From Balamuthia mandrillaris (lineage: Eukaryota), in assembly GCA_031835245.2 (NCBI GenBank), contig JAVKOQ020000039.1, forward strand, positions 62,001 through 126,000: DNA of 64,000 nt, given 5' to 3'. The translations under genes were made by a program, and so were the position numbers. The notes beneath the pieces are model-generated. The model saw nothing but the letters and a program-made list of their open reading frames with translations. It searched no databases and was not told the origin of the DNA. How positions within the stretch are numbered: position 1 is the first letter of the stretch; each line of letters opens with the position of its first letter. Positions 38,106 through 50,329 of this stretch are shown in pieces.

Positions 38106-39744
38106 AACAATTATTTTCTTAAGACTAAACATTCTTTCAACGCAGAAACAACAGGATGCGTACTACAAACGAACCAGAGGCGCAGTCTGCTTCTAACAGC
38201 AGTACTGCGGACCCAAAGCGAAAGCAAAAGCGTTGTAATTGTAAAAACTCCAAATGTCTTAAACTGTATTGCCAATGTTTTGCTTCGAGGAGTTACTGTG
38301 GACCGGATTGCAATTGTACTGGCTGCTGCAACACTCATGAAAACGAGGAGCAAGTGCGGAAGGCCGTTGCCACAACTTTGGAGCATAATCCCTCTGCCTT
38401 TCGTGCAAAGATCACCGCTAGCCCTCGTTCTCCTAGCGCAGTACTCTCTCTCTCTCTCTCTCTCTCTTTGCCTCTCTGCCTATCTGCTCCTCTCTCTCCC
38501 TCTCTCTCTCACACCTGGAACAAAACAAAAAATAGGATCCGGTTGAGCCGATGGAAGGTAAACATAACAAAGGATGTCATTGCAGAAGATCAAATTGCCT
38601 GAAGAAATATTGCGAGTGCTTCCAAGCTAATGTGCTATGTGGAGAGCACTGCAAATGTACTGATTGCAAAAACTTTTCGGACAGTTACGAACGAAGAGCT
38701 GTATTAGAAGGAAGAAGAACTCCGCCTGCCTCTTCACATCGTCGCCATCGAGTACCTATTCCCATTTCTTATGAACCTATGTGCTGGTGTTGGTGCTGCG
38801 TCTAACTTATTCTTTCTCATTTTTCATTCAAGTCGACAAGCACAAGGGAAGGCGTACCATCAAACCGTTCGCCACGCGGCAACACTATTCCTGTTTCTCT
38901 TTCTCCTCGCAACGCAACCTCAGGAGGAGCAACAAATCACTCCACCGGCAGTTCCTCTTCTGCTTCTATTGTCCCACCATTGCCCCTCTCCTCCCTTCCC
39001 ACTTCTCCTTCCTCCACCTCCACTCCAACTTCTCCTCTCTCTCCACTGTCACCAGTGTATGCTGCCGCTGCTGGAGGGGGAGGAGGTATGTTTGGCTTTC
39101 CCAATCCTTTTGTGAGCTATACAAATGCTGCCACCACTTCGTCCTCTTCAACCACTGCTCCATCTTCTTCTTTGCATCCTCACTATCCTCTTCAACCTCA
39201 TCACCATTCTTTTCCTCCCCCACATCAACAACATTACTTACAACCAACCACCAGTGGAGTTGGTGGTGGCGCGTTTAACTTCAACCCTTCTCCTCATTCT
39301 CATCATTATCCTCATCCACAACCTTGCCCTTGTCAAATGTGCCAACAGTATGCGCGGTTGGGCCTGTTCCATTCCTCACTTCTCTCCAGTGCTACCTACA
39401 TGGACGAGGACGAAATACTGAGGAGTAAGAAGAACAGCCTTCAAGCTAAAGCTACCAAGAAGGGCCGGCGGCGTTCCAGGTCGTTGGAGAGCATCGTTCC
39501 CCCGCCTTCCGCCTCGGAGGGAGGACCGCTGGTTCCGCCAATCATCCTGCCTCCATCTTCCTCTTCCCGAGGCTTTTCCCCATCTTTTCCATTCACGGCT
39601 CCTCCTTCCTATCCTTCTTCCTCTTCCTCCTCCTCCTTTTTCCCAACCCAACAGCATCAACAAGACCAATCCTCCTCTTCTTCTGCCTCTTCCTCGCCTC
39701 GACATCGATTACACCCTTCTTCTCCAAGTCGACGTAATCGTTGA
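36602..39744 (+). CDS. Tesmin/TSO1-like tandem CXC-domain protein (LIN54-like)
   Basis: [26 protein letters not shown]; hinge [44 protein letters not shown]. Confidence 0.92.
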
Positions 39745-40276
39745 GCAGTCAGTCAACAAAAAAAGAGAGCAAAAGGGGAGGAAGAAAAAAAAAAGAGGAG
39801 GCGTGTGGTAACGAGTCAACAAGTACATAAAATTTCCTATAGCACAGTTGCATTACTTCCCTCACGGAGTGTTTTTTGTGGGTAATTTTTTGGATGTACA
39901 CTTGTTTCTTTCTATCTTCGGCAGATGACAAAGAATAAAAAGCGCATGACCAAGAGGAGACCAGAACAGCTCTTTTTGTTTCTTTTACTAACAGCGTAGT
40001 TACAATGCATTGTGTTGTTTCGGCCTCTTTTCAGCCTCTCAAGGCCTGTCTCTCATTCTCTCCACGTAAGAACACAAACTCACTCACCGCCTTTTATAGC
40101 ACAAACTCAATGCAACTTTCGGTTGGACTATTACACCGATAAATACTGCGGGGAGGAGGACCACCGCGTGTACGGAGCTTCCGTTGAGAGCGGAGTGTGT
40201 CACAGGTTCGACAACAACGCCAATGCTCGGAGCCACAAACTGGAGCTGATACAAGCTCTTCAGCTGCTACTCGTCC

Positions 40277-40302
40277 CAGCTTTGGTTTTTGAGCGTTCTC
40301 TC

Positions 40303-40396
<94 letters not shown>
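40277..40396. repeat. Long (CT)n microsatellite, about 120 bp
   Basis: Directly visible. Confidence 0.95.
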
Positions 40397-40400
<4 letters not shown>

Positions 40401-40558
40401 CCCTGTAAACGATTGGTTTGTTGGAGATTTTTGTGGTGGTTGGGCGTCGAACGCGTAACACCGAGTGCACTGAAGCAGCCCAAAAAATGTTGATGCTCGA
40501 CGGGGATCGAACCTGCGTCCCTTTAAATTACGAAAAAAAAAGGGAAGAAAAAGAAAAG

Positions 40559-42219
40559 ATGGAAGGAGAGGAGCCGGTTGTGTTGGGGGCTTACATCGCC
40601 GCTTCCAAGAAGGCCAAGATGGACTGGAACTTGGTTGTGAACAGGTTGAAGTACGTAGTATTTGTTTGGCTAAACTCCCAAAAAAAAAAATACAATAATT
40701 ACAAGGACCTTCCTGCTCACAATTGGGGTTTTTATGACAGGGACAGTCATGGCGTGGTGGTGAAGGACCTTGACTTGGACCGCCCGCTGGAAGAGCAGGG
40801 CCCCTTTCACTTCCTTTTTCACAAAATAACGGATGAGTTGGTGCGGGAGAACACTGGCGAGAAACACCGGACACGCATTCGTAACCTGGAGGTAACGTTT
40901 TTTTGGCTCTCCTCTTTCTTCAGTCATGCTAGTCGTTTGCTTTGCTTCTTCTGTTTTCTCTTATTTTCTATCTCTTTGTTTCTTCACTTCTCTTCTCTTG
41001 GTCGTTCTCTTCTCTTCCTGCTCTCCTCCTCCATGTAGCTCGTATGAGCTTTGCTTGTTTCTTCTCCTCTCTTCTGTCTCTCTGCTCTCTCCTTTCTCTC
41101 TTTCTTCTCTCTCTCATTCTTATAGTTTGTTTTACCAACAACAAAAAGGACTACGTGAAGCAACACCCAGAGGTGATCGACTTGGAGCCCACCTTAAACC
41201 AACGAGGCATCATGGACAGGAGCAAAATCTCGGCCTTGCTGAAGGACGTTGATGGCAGCTTGCCGGCAGAGCTTCAGGTGGCCTGTCCCGCCTACACCGT
41301 CCTCGAGAGAGAAGAAGAGGATTACAGCGAGACCCTCCGTAAAGCCAACCTTAAGTTTCCTCTTGGTAAGCTTGCTTCCTTTTTTTCTTTTTTTCTTTTT
41401 CCATTCCCATGAACAAAAAAAAAGTTGCAAAGACCATCCAGGCATGTGGCAATGAGGATTCTCACAAGATAGGCATCATTTTCACGGAGAAAGGTCTTCA
41501 CCAACTCTCCACTCCAATCATGGTGCAAGAGTACTACAACCACAATGCCATCATCTTCAAGGTCTTCATGGTTGACGACTACCTTCACGTTGTTCGTCGC
41601 GCTTCCCTCAAAAACTTGGACCCTTCAGGTATCTTTCTTCTCCCTTTTGCCTTTCTCCTCCCACCTTCCTTCTCGCTGCTTGCTGCTTCTTCCTTCGTCC
41701 TTCTCCTCTCAGCTTCTTATCATTCTTCTCCACAAAAAACAAAAAAACAACCAACCAACAAAAGCAACGGAGAACATAGTGTTCAACAGTCAGAAGCCGG
41801 TGCCAGAGGAGCTCTTTGACAAGGACAGGGACGTGCAGGACAAGGCGGCGTGGCCGGACCCTGAGCCGCCCGTCCTTCATGCCGTCACGGCCGCCCTCCA
41901 GCAGCACCTGGGCCTGCACCTGTTGGGAGTGGACATGATACGGCAGGTGGAGACCGGCAAGCTTGGCATTGTTGATGTTAACTATTTTCCCAGTGCGTAT
42001 CGTTTGTTGTTGTTGTTGTTGTTTTCTATATCTCTTGTTTATCATGTTATGTTGCTTGTATGTTGCTCTGTGCTTTTGTTGCCGGTGTTTTCTCCCCGTT
42101 TGGTTTGCTGAACGATAAAAACAAAAAAAGGTTATATAGGAGTACCTGAGTTTAATGAGCGTTTGGCTGACTTTGTGGCTGCCTCCATCCGAAGAAAGTT
42201 AGCCGAGCAAAGCAAATAA
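40559..42219 (+). CDS. ITPK1: Inositol-tetrakisphosphate 1-kinase (ATP-grasp)
   Basis: LDRPLEEQGPFHFLFHKITD; FPLVAKT..ACG...SH; QEYYNHNAIIFKVF; RRASLKNL; LGVDMI..IVDVNYFPSY. Confidence 0.92.
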
Positions 42220-42336
42220 TAAACCAACTAACCTCAGGAAGTTTATTCCCTTCTTTGTTTCTTTGTTCTTTGCTCTATTTTTTCTTTTTTGTTGTTGGAG
42301 CACACCCAAAGTTTGATACATAATGTTCTCACCCGC

Positions 42337-42999
42337 TCAAGCATACATCCAAGATACGCCCAACGCTAACGTCACAGCTAATGTCAATGGCGTCCGCAGC
42401 CGCATGTACCAACGTGGAACCAGCCCTATTAACAAATGTTAGTAGTGTATCTCTTGCTTTACTCTCTGCTCTCTGTTCCTCTTCCCCATCACTCCTCTTC
42501 TCTCTTGTTCAAATGAACGAAGTGACAATACCGTAACGAGCAGCTACTGCGTCTCCTAGGAAGACAGCCGTGAAGCCAAACATGACCTCACCCAGGCCGT
42601 AAAAGGTGGTTGAACAGGTAGCAGCCCATCCTATCACGCAGGGCATGATGCTCAGGCCATACCGCAACAAGTTCCTCTTGTTGCTCGATGCCGCCGCTTG
42701 GATTGTTTGTTTGTCAGTTTGCAGGAAGAGACAAGGCGAGAATCGAAGAGAAACAAAGAAGAGAGAGAGAAACGAACAAAGCAACAAAGGGTCACGATAG
42801 TCGGCCATGGCAAGGCCCCAATGGATGGCACCCATGAAAGACAGCAGGTTGGCCGCGTAGTTCAGTTGAAGTATCATGGCTTGGGCAGCCAGGTGAGGGC
42901 TCTGTGTCAACACGACGGCAGAAGCTGCCACCAACGGGATCAACCCCGCCACACCCAACACTATTGCCGTCTTTGGAATCTTCTCTTCCTGTTTTGCAC

Positions 43000-43035
<36 letters not shown>

Positions 43036-43556
43036 AGGAAGTGACACAAGAAAGAGATAAACAAAAAAGGTCCTATCAACCCTTTGAATGAGTGGATCAG
43101 TAGTGGCTTCAGCAGTTTCTTCACTCTTTGGTGCATCGCCGTCGGTTGCAACGTCTGGTCGGCTTTGGAAAGTAAACGTTCGAGAGGCGAACCTACCAGC
43201 ACCACACGAGGAAGAAGACAACACCAGCCGCCTCTTGAAACGAAGAAAGAGTCAGTGCCAATGATTCGCAAAAAAAAGAGACGAAGAAACGAACGAACCT
43301 GATGGCAGCAAACGGAACAGACGAGAGAGCTGCTGGACGAGTGTAGGATCGAAGGCGCGGAGGGACGTGCCGTGCCGGTGGTAACAGCAAACAGGCTTTT
43401 GGCATGGCTGCTCCTCCCTCCTCGCGTGGTGGTGCTCAAGAACCGCCTGCCTCCCTGGAGCGTCATCCACTTGCTTCCATCCACGCGTAGGATCTTGACG
43501 GCGGACCAACGCGGGGTGGCTCCTAGAAGTTGATGGGCAACAGCGCTACCTCTCAT
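42337..43556 (-). CDS. TMEM69: DUF3429 / TMEM69 family membrane protein with putative mitochondrial presequence
   Basis: LGVAGLIP; QLNYAANLLSFMGAIHWGLAM; PRWYMRLRTPLT; Arg/Ser/Thr-rich N-terminus. Confidence 0.85.
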
Positions 43557-43966
43557 CTTTCTTTCTTTCCCCAAAATCGGATTTCGTTTTTTTTACGGAG
43601 TCAATAAGGATGGCTCCTCTTGTTAGTGTCGACAACAATATCTCCTCTACGGGTTCGATTCCCACTGCGGTGCGATGCGTTCCCGTTTTGTTGCCTCCTG
43701 AAAAATATGTGCCAACCCTCATGTTACACCTTATTCGCAGCAATTTCACGGCCACCTAGAAGTCCCACCTTAAACGCCAATTTTTTCTTTTTCTCTTTTT
43801 TCGCTTTCTTTTCTTCTCTCTCACCGTCTTCTTCCCCCCAAAGTTTTGCCTGCGTCAAACGAAGTAGCAGCCACACTCCCCCTTCGCACTCCCTCTCTTC
43901 CCGCGCCTCTCTTTTCCCTTTCAACTCACCCACCTGCCCGCAGAAAAAATAAGAAAAACAACCACA

Positions 43967-44614
43967 ATGGCCGAGGCTGCTGTCACCACTACGTACAAAG
44001 CGTACCCAGGGCGCGTGGTCCACGACGAAAAGTTTGGCAAGAGCTTCACCCTCTCCTGGACGCACCCGGACGTCATCGCCAGGAAATCTGCGCTGCACGG
44101 CACCGGCATGGTGGCCACCAAGGTCATCCCTCAGGGCACGGTCGTGTGGAAGGCCAGCGAGAAGGAGAGGGACTTTTGGTTCCACCAGGACGAGATCAGC
44201 ACCTGGAGCGAGGAGGACCAGCGCGTCTTCCACATCAACGCCTACCAGGTGGCCGAGGGCTGGTGGAGCGGCTGCACGCCGGGCATCAAGGAGGAGGACA
44301 GGGACATTTCGGAGTACATGAACCACTCCTGCGAGCCCACCTGCTGGTTCGTGGACGACGACACCATGGTGGCCACCAGGGACATTCAGCCAGAGGAGGA
44401 GATCACCTACGACTACGCCACCAGCGAGACCGCCAACAGCGTGCACGTCAAGGCCGGCTGGCAGTGCCGCTGCGGCAGCAAGCTCTGCCGAGGCAGGCTT
44501 ACCGGGGAGGAGTGGAAGGACCCCGAGCTCAGGCAGAGATACCACGGCCACTTCACCTCCTTTGTGCAGAAGCTGATCGATGGGTCGGAGGAGAGCTCCT
44601 CCAACAGCAACTGA
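43967..44614 (+). CDS. Stand-alone SET + post-SET lysine methyltransferase, intronless
   Basis: SALHGTGMVATKVI; YMNHSCEP; ATRDIQPEEEITYDY; CRCGSKLCRG. Confidence 0.92.
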   Translation: MAEAAVTTTYKAYPGRVVHDEKFGKSFTLSWTHPDVIARKSALHGTGMVATKVIPQGTVVWKASEKERDFWFHQDEISTWSEEDQRVFHINAYQVAEGWWSGCTPGIKEEDRDISEYMNHSCEPTCWFVDDDTMVATRDIQPEEEITYDYATSETANSVHVKAGWQCRCGSKLCRGRLTGEEWKDPELRQRYHGHFTSFVQKLIDGSEESSSNSN

Positions 44615-45091
44615 GCTTTTTTGTTTTTATTTTTTGCACTCCTCTCGCTCTAGCAACTCCACTCCGACTCTACACCACGCTCGGGGCCTTCATGAATGAC
44701 TGTTCGCCTAGGACCGGACGGGTATGCAATACGCATGACTGTTCCGTCAACTCCACAAGAAAGACAGAACACTGACCTCTTTTTTTTGTTCTTGTTGTAC
44801 ACTTGTTGCCTGCATGAATATTATTTATTTTTGTCCCCAAAGCGCTTCTCTTCTTTTGTCGCTTTCGTTTCTCTGCTTCTCTCCACTTCTCTCCGCTTCC
44901 CTCCACTTCTCTCCACTTCTTTTTGCTTTCCGTTATAGCAGGTCAAAAGCTGCACCATTTGTGCTCCAAACCCCGGTCCTTTGAAATCCGATTCGTCCTT
45001 TGAAATAAAATATGATCTAGTTGCCTGAAACGAAATTGACGTGGAAGTCAGGCCAGAAGCAAACAGGACACATCTCACCACAGAGCAGGAT

Positions 45092-48000
45092 ATGCAACAA
45101 CAACAACAGGAGCAACAGGAAGAAGAAACAATGCCCGAAGAGCACGAGCGGGAGCGATTTATGGCAGAAGAAGAGCCTCCTGAGCCCGCCACCATGGACA
45201 TTCTCCCCTTCGAAGTGGTCTCCATGATATTCCTCCGGTTGGAGGAGCAGGACCGGTGGCGTGCCGGAATGGTCTGCCGGCTTTGGAGGGCTGTCGCCAA
45301 CGACTGGCCCCCCGTTTAGTTCTCGTTGGGAGGTACCTCCCTTCCTTTTATGCCTCGATCCTGGACAAGGACGAAGAAGAAGAAGAGGAAGAGGGAGAAG
45401 AGGAAAAGCGTGTTGGAGAGGCCATCCGTCACTGGCTGCAGGAAGAATGTTACACGAAGCCCGTCGGCTTTCGTCGTTTGGAGTTTCGAAACGTCTCATT
45501 CAGGAACTTGGGAGTCGGTTTTGACGAGTTTCTGCGTTTCCTGCACGTCTTTCCTTCTCTCTCTCACCTGCGCTTCTTCAACTGCGACCTGCGCTTCTCT
45601 TCTGCTCGTTCTTCTTCGTCTTCACCTTGTCCTTCTGCTTCCACTGGTGCTTCTTCTTCTTCTTCTTCTTCTTCTTCTTCTTCTTCTTCTTCTTCTTCGC
45701 ATGCTCCAACTCTTTTTCTTGCTCGAAAGTGGCTCTCATGGCCCACTTCTCCTCCTCAACAACAAGAACAACATAAAGAAAAAGCCAAGCAACAAAACAG
45801 CACTAAGAACGACGAAAAAAAGAAGAGGAAGAAAGAAAAAGCGAACGAAGAAGTGTCGTTGGATTCGCTGCGCGTGTTAGAGTTTGTGCATTGCTCATGG
45901 ACGGCAGGGCCAGCTAAAACGAAGAATGGCAAAGAAGAAGACGACGAAGGTGAAGCAGAGGATGGAGTAAAGTACCCTGAGCTCTGGGCACGATTGTTGC
46001 CACATACACCATCCTTGGAGACCTACCGTCTGATAGACAGTTATTATGTTAGTGCTCATCACCGTATGTACACTCCACCTCTTGTGTAACTTTGCTACAA
46101 TGACGTATCTTCGTTAACTTCTTTCTTCTTCTTCTTCTTCTTCTTCTTTTTCTTCTTCTTCTTTTTCTTCTTCTTCTTCTATTTCCTCTCATAGTTTACA
46201 TTCTAAGCAAATGCTGTCCGGAGCTGAAAATACTTGACCTAACACACACCGTCCTTTACAACTTCGATCCTCCCCTTCCTCGTCCTGCTCCTCTTACCTC
46301 TTCTTCTTCCGATATGCAACAACTACCATACCAAGCCCTCATAGAGGACCCAGAAAACGATCGCGGCCCACTGCATTTCCCAAAGCTACAACGAATGATG
46401 ATGCCATCTCACTTTAACTCTTCGGAGCTGTTGAACTATCGCAACAGAAGAAAAGGGTTTAGAGTGCTCAAAGAGGAGGAAAGAGGAACAAGAGAAGGAA
46501 ATTATATTCTTCAAAGCATGAGTTGGGATAGACCTGAGGAATGGAGTCATATGGTCAAATCGACCAACTGCCTTCAGTCCTTTGAGGAACTTCTGGCAGC
46601 GGCAGTAGAGGAGGGTCAGAAAAGGTTTGTGCTGCCATCGATAGTTGTGCCACCGCGAGGGAGCATAGCTGATGAGCTCGTATCTGTTTATCTTGGTCAT
46701 CGTAGAGGTTAGTTTATTGGTGTCGTTGTTCTTGTTGTAGTCCTTCTTGTTTCTTTCTTTCTTCTTACCATCCTCTCTGCCTATCTCTTTCTTATCCCAT
46801 ATAAATAGATGATGCTAAAAAGATGAAGATAGCACATAACTTAATACACGATGCTCGTGTCGATGTGAACATCCTCTCATCCCAGCTGCAACGAATGCTT
46901 CCTAATAACTATGGAACCACCTGCGTATGTTACATTCCTTTTCTGTTATATTTTCACCTATTACTTTTGCTGCTTTCCTATGTTAGCCGTTGTTGCTCAT
47001 GACTTCAACACTTCTTTTTTTCTCAAAGATGTTGTCTCCGTTGATGGCGGCTGTATTGCAAACGGACGTCTCGCTGGTGCTCTATTTGCTGGAAAATGGA
47101 GCCGACCCTAATCTTCAGAATCGAGATGGCAATACTGGTAGTTCTTTGTTCTTATGTTTTCTAACTTTCTTCTACGCCTTTGCTTCTTCCTTCTTCCTTC
47201 TTCAAAAGACTTTTCTCTTACTTTGTAAACTTACTACCTCCGCTTCCGTTTTCTTCCTGCCAGCTCTTCACTTTGCTGCATTGGGAAACCATCAAATGCT
47301 CGTTAAACTACTTCTTCAACATGGCGCAAAGGCTTATCTTGCCAACCGTTACAAACACACGGCTGTCGTTTGCGCTTTTGCGGTGGGGGCTTCATGGCCT
47401 CTAATCTATCTCCTATTCGATGCAACCGTGCAACAACTGCTTGGTCTCCAACAAGCTAAACTCGAATTTGGCCGTCGCTCGACATCTCCTCCCTCCTCCT
47501 CCTCCTCCTCCTCCTCCTCCTCCTCCTCCTCCTCCTCCTCTCCTCCTCCTCCTCCTCCTCCTCCTCCTCCTCCTCCTCCAGTTCTTCTTCTTCCTCTTCC
47601 TCTTCTGCTGCTGTAGATAACAAAATCAAAAAGAGAGTGTCAAAGGGATTGCAAGAGAGAATGGGGATAACAACATGGACAGCCTTTCTTTGGATAGAAC
47701 GAGCCATTGCTTCGAATAACATGCAAGCACTGACACTGTTACTGGACAACTGCACCGAAGAAGAAACTCATCACTTGCTTCACCCTTGTTCTCCTCTCTA
47801 TCTTTCTAACCGTTCTTCTTCTTCTTCTTCTTCTTCTTCTTCTTCTTCTTCTTCTTCTTCTTCTTCTTCTTCTTCTTGTTCTTCCTTCTTCTTCTTCTTC
47901 TTCTTCTTCTTCTTCTTCTTCTTCTTCTTCTTCTTCTTCTTCTTCTTCTTCTTCTTCTTCTTCTTCTTCTTCTTCTTCTTCTTCTTCTTGTTCTTCTTCT

Positions 48001-48664
48001 TCTTCACCACCATCGCCGTCATCTCTCTCGCCATTTTCGACGAAGGAAAAGACTGAAGAGAAAGAGCAAGAAACAGTTGCAATAGGAAAAAATACGGATA
48101 ATGCTGTTGGCTTCAGAACTACAATGCCTTCTGCCCCTGCTTCCCACTCCTCTGCTCCTTACTTTTTCTCTCACAACCACCGACCACAACAACAGAAAGT
48201 ATTGCCTCCGTTATGTTTGGCAGTAGCGAAAGGACATTTGGCAATGGTGCAAGAAATGGTGGAGAGACGAAACGTTCTCTCGGGTGTGAGCGATTTGTTC
48301 TTTCTTTTGGATGAGAAGAGAACAAGATTGCTGCAGGAACTGCAGGAAACGAAACGTTTGAGAGCTTCCATCGGAGGAGCGGTGTGGAGCATTGGAGATA
48401 CTTCGCCCGATGTACACGTAGCTGCGGTGGACAGGAACCCTTTGCTTGTTGCTCTTGGCAGTACTGCACGTATGTCATATTCTTCTTCTATTCTTTGTGG
48501 TTTGTCACTCATCTATAAACTATGTGAAGGGGACGTAAACATGATAACCTATTTGTTGGATGTGGGTTTTCCGGTCAACCTGCCTGAATTCCTCCGCGAG
48601 TTGGATTCTGCTGAGTATTTCTCTCCTCTCATATATTACCTCAGAAACGCCAATTGTAAGCATA

Positions 48665-48700
<36 letters not shown>

Positions 48701-50302
48701 ATCCATATTTTTATTAATGTTTTTCAAAGCTTTAAGCACAACTGCAATATTATGCACATTATTTCAGTATGGGGTAGACATCAACTATCCACCATCACCT
48801 CCAAGAAGAGCTCCATTGCTTTTCGCCATAGAAAAGCAGCTATGGCCAATTGCCGTGAAGTTGATAGAGTTTGGTGCCAACTTGCAGGTCTCTCAAGACA
48901 ACTACGGATTGCTATCCTTTGCAGTGAAGCATAAAGGGCTGCCGGTGGTGAGCGCGTTGCTGGCAAGGAAAGTAGATCCCAATAGAAACGACGTTTGGAG
49001 AAAGAAGAAAGTGAATGAAGAGCAGAACCAAGAGACCGACAGGAAGGGAAAGGACAAAGTGGAAGAGACGTCATCAGCAAAACAAGAGAAACGGAAAGAC
49101 AAAGAAGAAAAAGAAGAAGAGCAGTTTAGTCTTGAACCGGCCCTGGAGCATTTGCCTTTGTTTGAAGCGGTGGGGACAGGAGACTTGTACATGATAAAAC
49201 AGCTGCTGCAGCATGGGGCCGATCTTTCCGTCTGGAATCCGCGAGGTAAATCTTCCTTCCTCCTCATGACCTCTTCGTCGTTTACCAACATCTCATTTTC
49301 TGTGTTTGTGAAAAGGGTTGTCTTATCTTCATGTGGCCTTAGCCAAGTGCAGTGGCAGCGATTCTACCCCAACAATAGCGGCCAACAAGAATTCGTTAAA
49401 GTTCCTCGTGCCGTTGAAGGTGCATTTGGACCTGCCGGAACCACAAGACGGCCACTTTCCTCTCTTCATGTGCATGTACTACAACAAACCGGACTTGTTG
49501 CAACTGCTGTTGGAAAATGGGGCGAATCCCTATCTCCAAACGACCAAAGAGGGGTATAACTGTCTTCATTTGGGGGCCAGGTGCTATCAGCGCGCCCCTC
49601 TGATGAAAATGATTTTGGATGCTGCTTCCTCCAACACGTATCCACAACAGCAGCAACAAATGGAGAAAGACGAAAAAGCCGAAGAAGAACAAAAAGAACA
49701 GGCAGAGGCAGTAGAGGAAGAGGAAGAAGAAGAAAAACAAGAACAAGAAGAAGAACAAGAAGAAAACGAAGGCGCTTCTTCATCAACTCAACAACAAAAG
49801 AAGAAAGAAGAAGCACAAGAAGAAGTACGGCAACGGCAACGACAACTACAAAGACAGAGACTGTCTCCAATGTTGGAAGCAAGAGACGCCAACGGAGACA
49901 CCCCTCTTCACATAGCCATCACCTACAAAAACCTTACGGAAGCCGAGGTTCTGTTGGAGTACGGAGCAGATCCAAACGCCAAGGATGCGTCCGGCAAATC
50001 CTGTTTGGAGCGGCTGGACTGGGCGCCAAAAGATGGAAGAACTTGGCTCACGCTTTACATGGCCAATCTGTTGCTGGAGCACGGAGCGGAGAAGAAGGAC
50101 ATTGCATTCTTCAAGGATCCCAAGAACAAAATCAACGTACCTTGCCGAAGGTATCCTCCTTCACCACCTTTACCTTCACCTTCGTCGTCCTCATCGTCCT
50201 CCTCTTGTTTGTTGTCTTGAAGAATAAATTCTCCCCTTCTTCTTTTGGTTGGAACGAAGGCAAGAAGGAAGACGGGCAGAAGGAAGATGGAAGAAAAGAT
50301 GA
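45092..50302 (+). CDS. F-box + LRR-like + ankyrin-repeat protein (multi-exon; 3' end tentative)
   Basis: F-box DILPFEVVSMIFLRL..RWRAGMVCRLWRAVA; LRR-like FPSLSHLRF and CPELKILDL; ankyrins SPLMAAV..LLENGADPN, GNTALHFAA, GDTPLHIAI..LLEYGADPN. Confidence 0.75.
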
Positions 50303-50329
50303 ATGAATGTTCCCAAGTGAAATCTTCGT

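Noticed and set aside
40080..40276. Short Cys-containing frame (CNFRLDYYTDKYC...GVCH) between the CXC gene and ITPK1
   Set aside because: It could be a relic exon of a secreted protein, but there is no start, splice model or recognisable family.
43724..44775. 275-aa antisense and 309-aa alternate-frame ORFs over the SET gene
   Set aside because: By-products of high GC3 in the SET coding sequence.
45308..45369. Apparent frameshift right after the F-box (DWPPV*)
   Set aside because: A 56-nt GT-AG intron (45314-45369) restores the frame, and a C6 homopolymer error would too. No case for programmed frameshifting.
47474..48058. (TCC)n and (TTC)n tracts seeming to break the ankyrin gene frame, as in phase variation
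   Set aside because: In-frame GT-AG introns (47474-47616 and 47812-48058) can remove both tracts. Assembly slippage is also likely.
50151..50160. GTATCCTC donor resembling a U12-type 5' splice site
   Set aside because: It mismatches GTATCCTT and no TCCTTAAC branch site is visible.
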